A stretch of 64,000 nucleotides of DNA from Eledone cirrhosa. Its lineage: Eukaryota. The stretch lies in the NCBI GenBank assembly GCA_964016885.1, contig OZ024740.1, positions 317,936,001 to 318,000,000 on the forward strand, in the 5' to 3' direction. Below the pieces are notes generated by a model. It worked only from the letters and a program-made list of their open reading frames with translations, had not been told where the DNA came from and did not search any database. Positions 59,901 to 64,000 of the stretch are shown here, piece by piece; positions within the stretch are counted from its first letter, which is position 1; the number at the start of each line of letters is the position of its first letter. Both the position numbers and the translations under genes were made by a program.

Positions 59901-61300
59901 TAGGTTCTATCTGACATTCTAAAGACTCTAACAATTCGAAGTCTTTCTACTACAATACTCAGAACAAATAATCCAGGTTTGTCTCGTCTATTTCCACAAC
60001 TTACATTCTATCTAACATTCTAACGACTCTACCAATTCGAAGCCTTTTTACTACATTACTCACAACAAATAATTCAGGATTGCCCCGTCTATTTCCACAA
60101 CTTACATTCTACCTGTCATTCTAACGACTCTACCAATTCGCTGTCTTTCTACTACAATACTCACAACAAATAATCCAGGATTGTCTCGTCTATTTCCACA
60201 ACTTACATTCTATCTAACATTTTTACAACTCCACCAATTCGAAATCTTTCTACTACAGTACTCACAACAAATCATCCAGGATTGTCTCGTCTATTTCCAC
60301 AACTTACATTCTATCTGATATTCTAACGACTCTACCAATTCGAAGTCTTTCTACTATAATACTAACAACAAATAATCCAGGATTGTCTCTTCTATTTCCA
60401 CAACTTACATTCTATCTAACATTCTAACAACTCCACCAATTCGAAATCTTTCTACTACAATACTCACAACAAATCATCCAGGATTGTCTCGTCTATTTCC
60501 ACAACTTACATTCTATCTGATATTCTAACGACTCTACCAATTCGAAGTCTTTCTACTACAATACTAACAACAAATAATCCAGGACTGTCTCGTCTATTTC
60601 CACAACTTACGTTCTATCTGACATTCTAAAGACTCTAACAATTCGAAGTCTTTCTACTACAATACTCAGAACAAATAATCCAGGTTTGTCTCGTCTATTT
60701 CCACAACTTACATTCTATCTAACATTCTAACGACTCTACCAATTCGAAGCCTTTTTACTACATTACTCACAACAAATAATTCAGGATTGTCTCGTCGATT
60801 TCCACAAATTACGTTCTATCTGACATTCTAACGACTCTACCAATTCGCTGTCTTTCTACTACAATACTCACAACAAATAATCCAGGTTTGTCTCGTCTAT
60901 TTCCACAACTTACATTCTATCTAACATTCTAACGACTCTACCAATTCGCTGTCTTTCTACTACAATACTCAACAAATAATCCAGGACTGTCTCGTCTATT
61001 TCCACAACTTACGTTCTATCTGACATTCTAAAGACTCTAACAATTCGAAGTCTTTCTACTACAATACTCAGAACAAATAATCCAGGTTTGTCTCGTCTAT
61101 TTCCACAACTTACATTCTATCTAACATTCTAACGACTCTACCAATTCGAAGCCTTTTTACTACATTACTCACAACAAATAATTCAGGATTGCCCCGTTTA
61201 TTTCCACAACTTACATTCTACCTGTCATTCTAACGACTCTACCAATTCGCTGTCTTTCTACTACAATACTCACAACAAATAATCCAGGATTGTCTCGTCT
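58690..61300. repeat. Tandem 11-monomer (1109 bp) higher-order repeat
   Basis: GTCGATTT 59685/60794; the ACTATAAT and CCTGTCATT variants recur at about 1109 bp. Confidence 0.85.
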
Positions 61301-64000
61301 ATTTCCACAACGTACATTCTATCTAACATTCTAACAACTCCACCAATTCGAAATCTTTCTACTACAATACTCACAACAAATCATCCAGGATTGTCTCGTC
61401 TATTTCCACAACTTACATTCTATCTGATATTCTAACGACTCTACCAATTCGAAGTCTTTCTACTACAATACTAACAACAAATAATCCAGGATTGTCTCTT
61501 CTATTTCCACAACTTACATTCTATCTAACATTCTAACAACTCCACCAATTCGAAATCTTTCTACTACAATACTCACAACAAATCATCCAGGATTGTCTCG
61601 TCTATTTCCACAACTTACATTCTATCTGATATTCTAACGACTCTACCAATTCGAAGTCTTTCTACTACAATACTAACAACAAATAATCCAGGATTGTCTC
61701 TTCTATTTCCACAACTTACATTCTATCTAACATTCTAACAACTCCACCAATTCGAAATCTTTCTACTACAATACTCACAACAAATCATCCAGGATTGTCT
61801 CGTCTATTTCCACAACTTACATTCTATCTGATATTCTAACGACTCTACCAATTCGAAGTCTTTCTACTACAATACTAACAACAAATAATCCAGGATTGTC
61901 TCTTCTATTTCCACAACTTGCATTCTATCTGACATTCTAATGACTCTACCAATTCGAAGTCTTTCTACTACAATACTCACAACAAATAATCCAGGATTGT
62001 CTCGTCTATTTCCACAACTTGCATTCTATCTGACATTCTAACGACTCTACCAATTCGAAGTCTTTCTACTACAATACTCACAACAAATAATCCAGGATTG
62101 TCTCGTCTATTTCCACAAATTACATTCTATCTGACATTCTAACGACTCTACCAATTCGCTGTCTTTCTACTACAATACTCACAACAAATAATCCAGGATT
62201 GTCTCGTCTATTTCCACAACATACATTCTATCTGACATTCTAACGACTCTACCAATTCGCTGTCTTTCTACTACAATACTCAACAAATAATCCAGGACAG
62301 TCTCGTCTATTTCTACAACTTACGTTCTATCTGACATTCTAAAGACTCTAACAATTCGAAGTCTTTCTACTACAATACTCAGAACAAATAATCCAGGTTT
62401 GTCTCGTCTATTTCCACAACTTACATTCTATCTAACATTCTAACGACTCTACCAATTCGAAGCCTTTTTACTACATTACTCACAACAAATAATTCAGGAT
62501 TGTCTCGTCTATTTCCACAAATTACGTCCTATCTGACATTCTAACGACTCTACCAATTCGCAGTCTTTCTACTACAATACTCACAACAAATAATCCAGGA
62601 TTGTCTCGTCTATTTCCACAACTTACATTCTATCTGATATTCTAACGACTCTACCAATTCGAAGTCTGTCTACTACAATACTCACAACAAATAATCCAGG
62701 ATTGTCTCGTCTATTTCCACAACTTACATTCTATCTGATATTCTAACAACTCTACCAATTCGAAGTCTTTCTACTACAATACTAACAACAAATAATCCAG
62801 GAATGTCTCTTCTATTTCCACAACTTACATTCTATCTGACATTCTAACATCTCTACCGATTCGAAATCTTTCTACTACAATACTCACAACAAATAATCCA
62901 GGATTGTCTCGTCTATTTCCACAACTTACATTCTATCTGATATTCTAACGACTCTACCAATTCGAAGTCTTTCTACTACAATACTAACAACAAATAATCC
63001 AGGATTGTCTCTTCTATTTCCACAACTTACATTCTATCTGACATTCTAACAACTCTACCAATTCGAAGTCTTTCTACTACAATACTCACAACAAATAATA
63101 CAGGATTGGCTCGTCTATTTCCACAACTTACATTCTATCTGATATTCTAACGACTCTACCAATTCGCTGTCTTTCTACTACAATACTAACAACAAATAAT
63201 CCAGGATTGTCTCTTCTATTTCCACAACATACATTCTATCTAACATTCTAACAACTCCACCAATTCGAAATCTTTCTACTACAATACTCACAACAAATCA
63301 TCCAGGATTGTCTCGTCTATTTCCACAACATACATTCTATCTGACATTCTAACGACTCTACCAATTCGCTGTCTTTCTACTACAATACTCAACAAATAAT
63401 CCAGGACTGTCTCGTCTATTTCCACAACTTACGTTCTATCTGACATTCTAAAGACTCTAACAATTCGAAGTCTTTCTACTACAATACTCAGAACAAATAA
63501 TCCAGGTTTGTCTCGTCTATTTCCACAACTTACATTCTATCTAACATTCTAACGACTCTACCAATTCGAAGCCTTTTTACTACATTACTCACAACAAATA
63601 ATTCAGGATTGCCCCGTCTATTTCCACAACTTACATTCTACCTGTCATTCTAACGACTCTACCAATTCGCTGTCTTTCTACTACAATACTCACAACAAAT
63701 AATCCAGGATTGTCTCGTCTATTTCCACAACTTACATTCTATCTAACATTCTAACAACTCCACCAATTCGAAATCTTTCTACTACAATACTCACAACAAA
63801 TAATCCAGGATTGTCTCGTCTATTTCCACAACTTACATTCTATCTGATATTCTAACGACTCTACCAATTCGAAGTCTTTCTACTACAATACTAACAACAA
63901 ATAATCCAGGAATGTCTCGTCTATTTCCACAACTTACATTCTATCTGACATTCTAACATCTCTACCGATTCGAAATCTTTCTACTACAATACTCACAACA

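Larger units (their letters stand above)
1..64000. repeat. Tandem satellite array, 101-bp monomer (about 635 copies), single orientation, running off both window ends
   Basis: TTTCCACAAC recurs at 1, 102, 203 and so on to the end of the window. Monomers differ from the consensus by only a few substitutions. A recurrent 99-bp variant carries a 2-bp deletion (CTCACAAC>CTCAAC). No non-satellite sequence was seen. Confidence 0.99.

Noticed and set aside
1-64000. Repetitive protein-coding ORF on either strand
   Set aside because: The 101-bp period shifts frame every monomer. The + strand has stops at consensus 23 (TGA/TAA), 31 and 80, and the - strand has many TAG/TAA/TGA, so all frames close within about two monomers.
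1-64000. CRISPR or other repeat-spacer array
   Set aside because: There are no unique spacers. The entire monomer is repeated, and no cas or other genes are present.
1-64000. Programmed information-storage or diversity-generating cassette encoded in variant order
   Set aside because: The order is adequately explained by nested duplication and deletion. No template, recombinase, reverse transcriptase or expression signal is present in the window.
1-64000. G-quadruplex or i-motif array implied by the GC skew
   Set aside because: The consensus has only isolated CC dinucleotides far apart. CCCC occurs only singly in one minor variant.

Overview
The whole 64-kb window is one uninterrupted, head-to-tail satellite DNA array of about 635 copies of a 101-bp monomer. 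The consensus read by eye is TTTCCACAACTTACATTCTATCTGACATTCTAACGACTCTACCAATTCGAAGTCTTTCTACTACAATACTCACAACAAATAATCCAGGATTGTCTCGTCTA (about 36% GC; 28 C versus 8 G on the + strand). I see no genes, RNA genes, transposons, CRISPR spacers or inversions, and I do not recognise the satellite family or the organism. The structure that exists is internal. A small set of monomer variants recurs in a conserved order. Variable-length higher-order repeats and nested in-register duplications span 2 to about 83 monomers. Diagnostic variants switch at about 29-31 kb, splitting the array into two sub-domains. This resembles a eukaryotic centromeric or heterochromatic satellite, but that is inference. I found no novel coding or defence system. 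Duplication boundaries are approximate (about one monomer), while offsets were read from shared rare variants.
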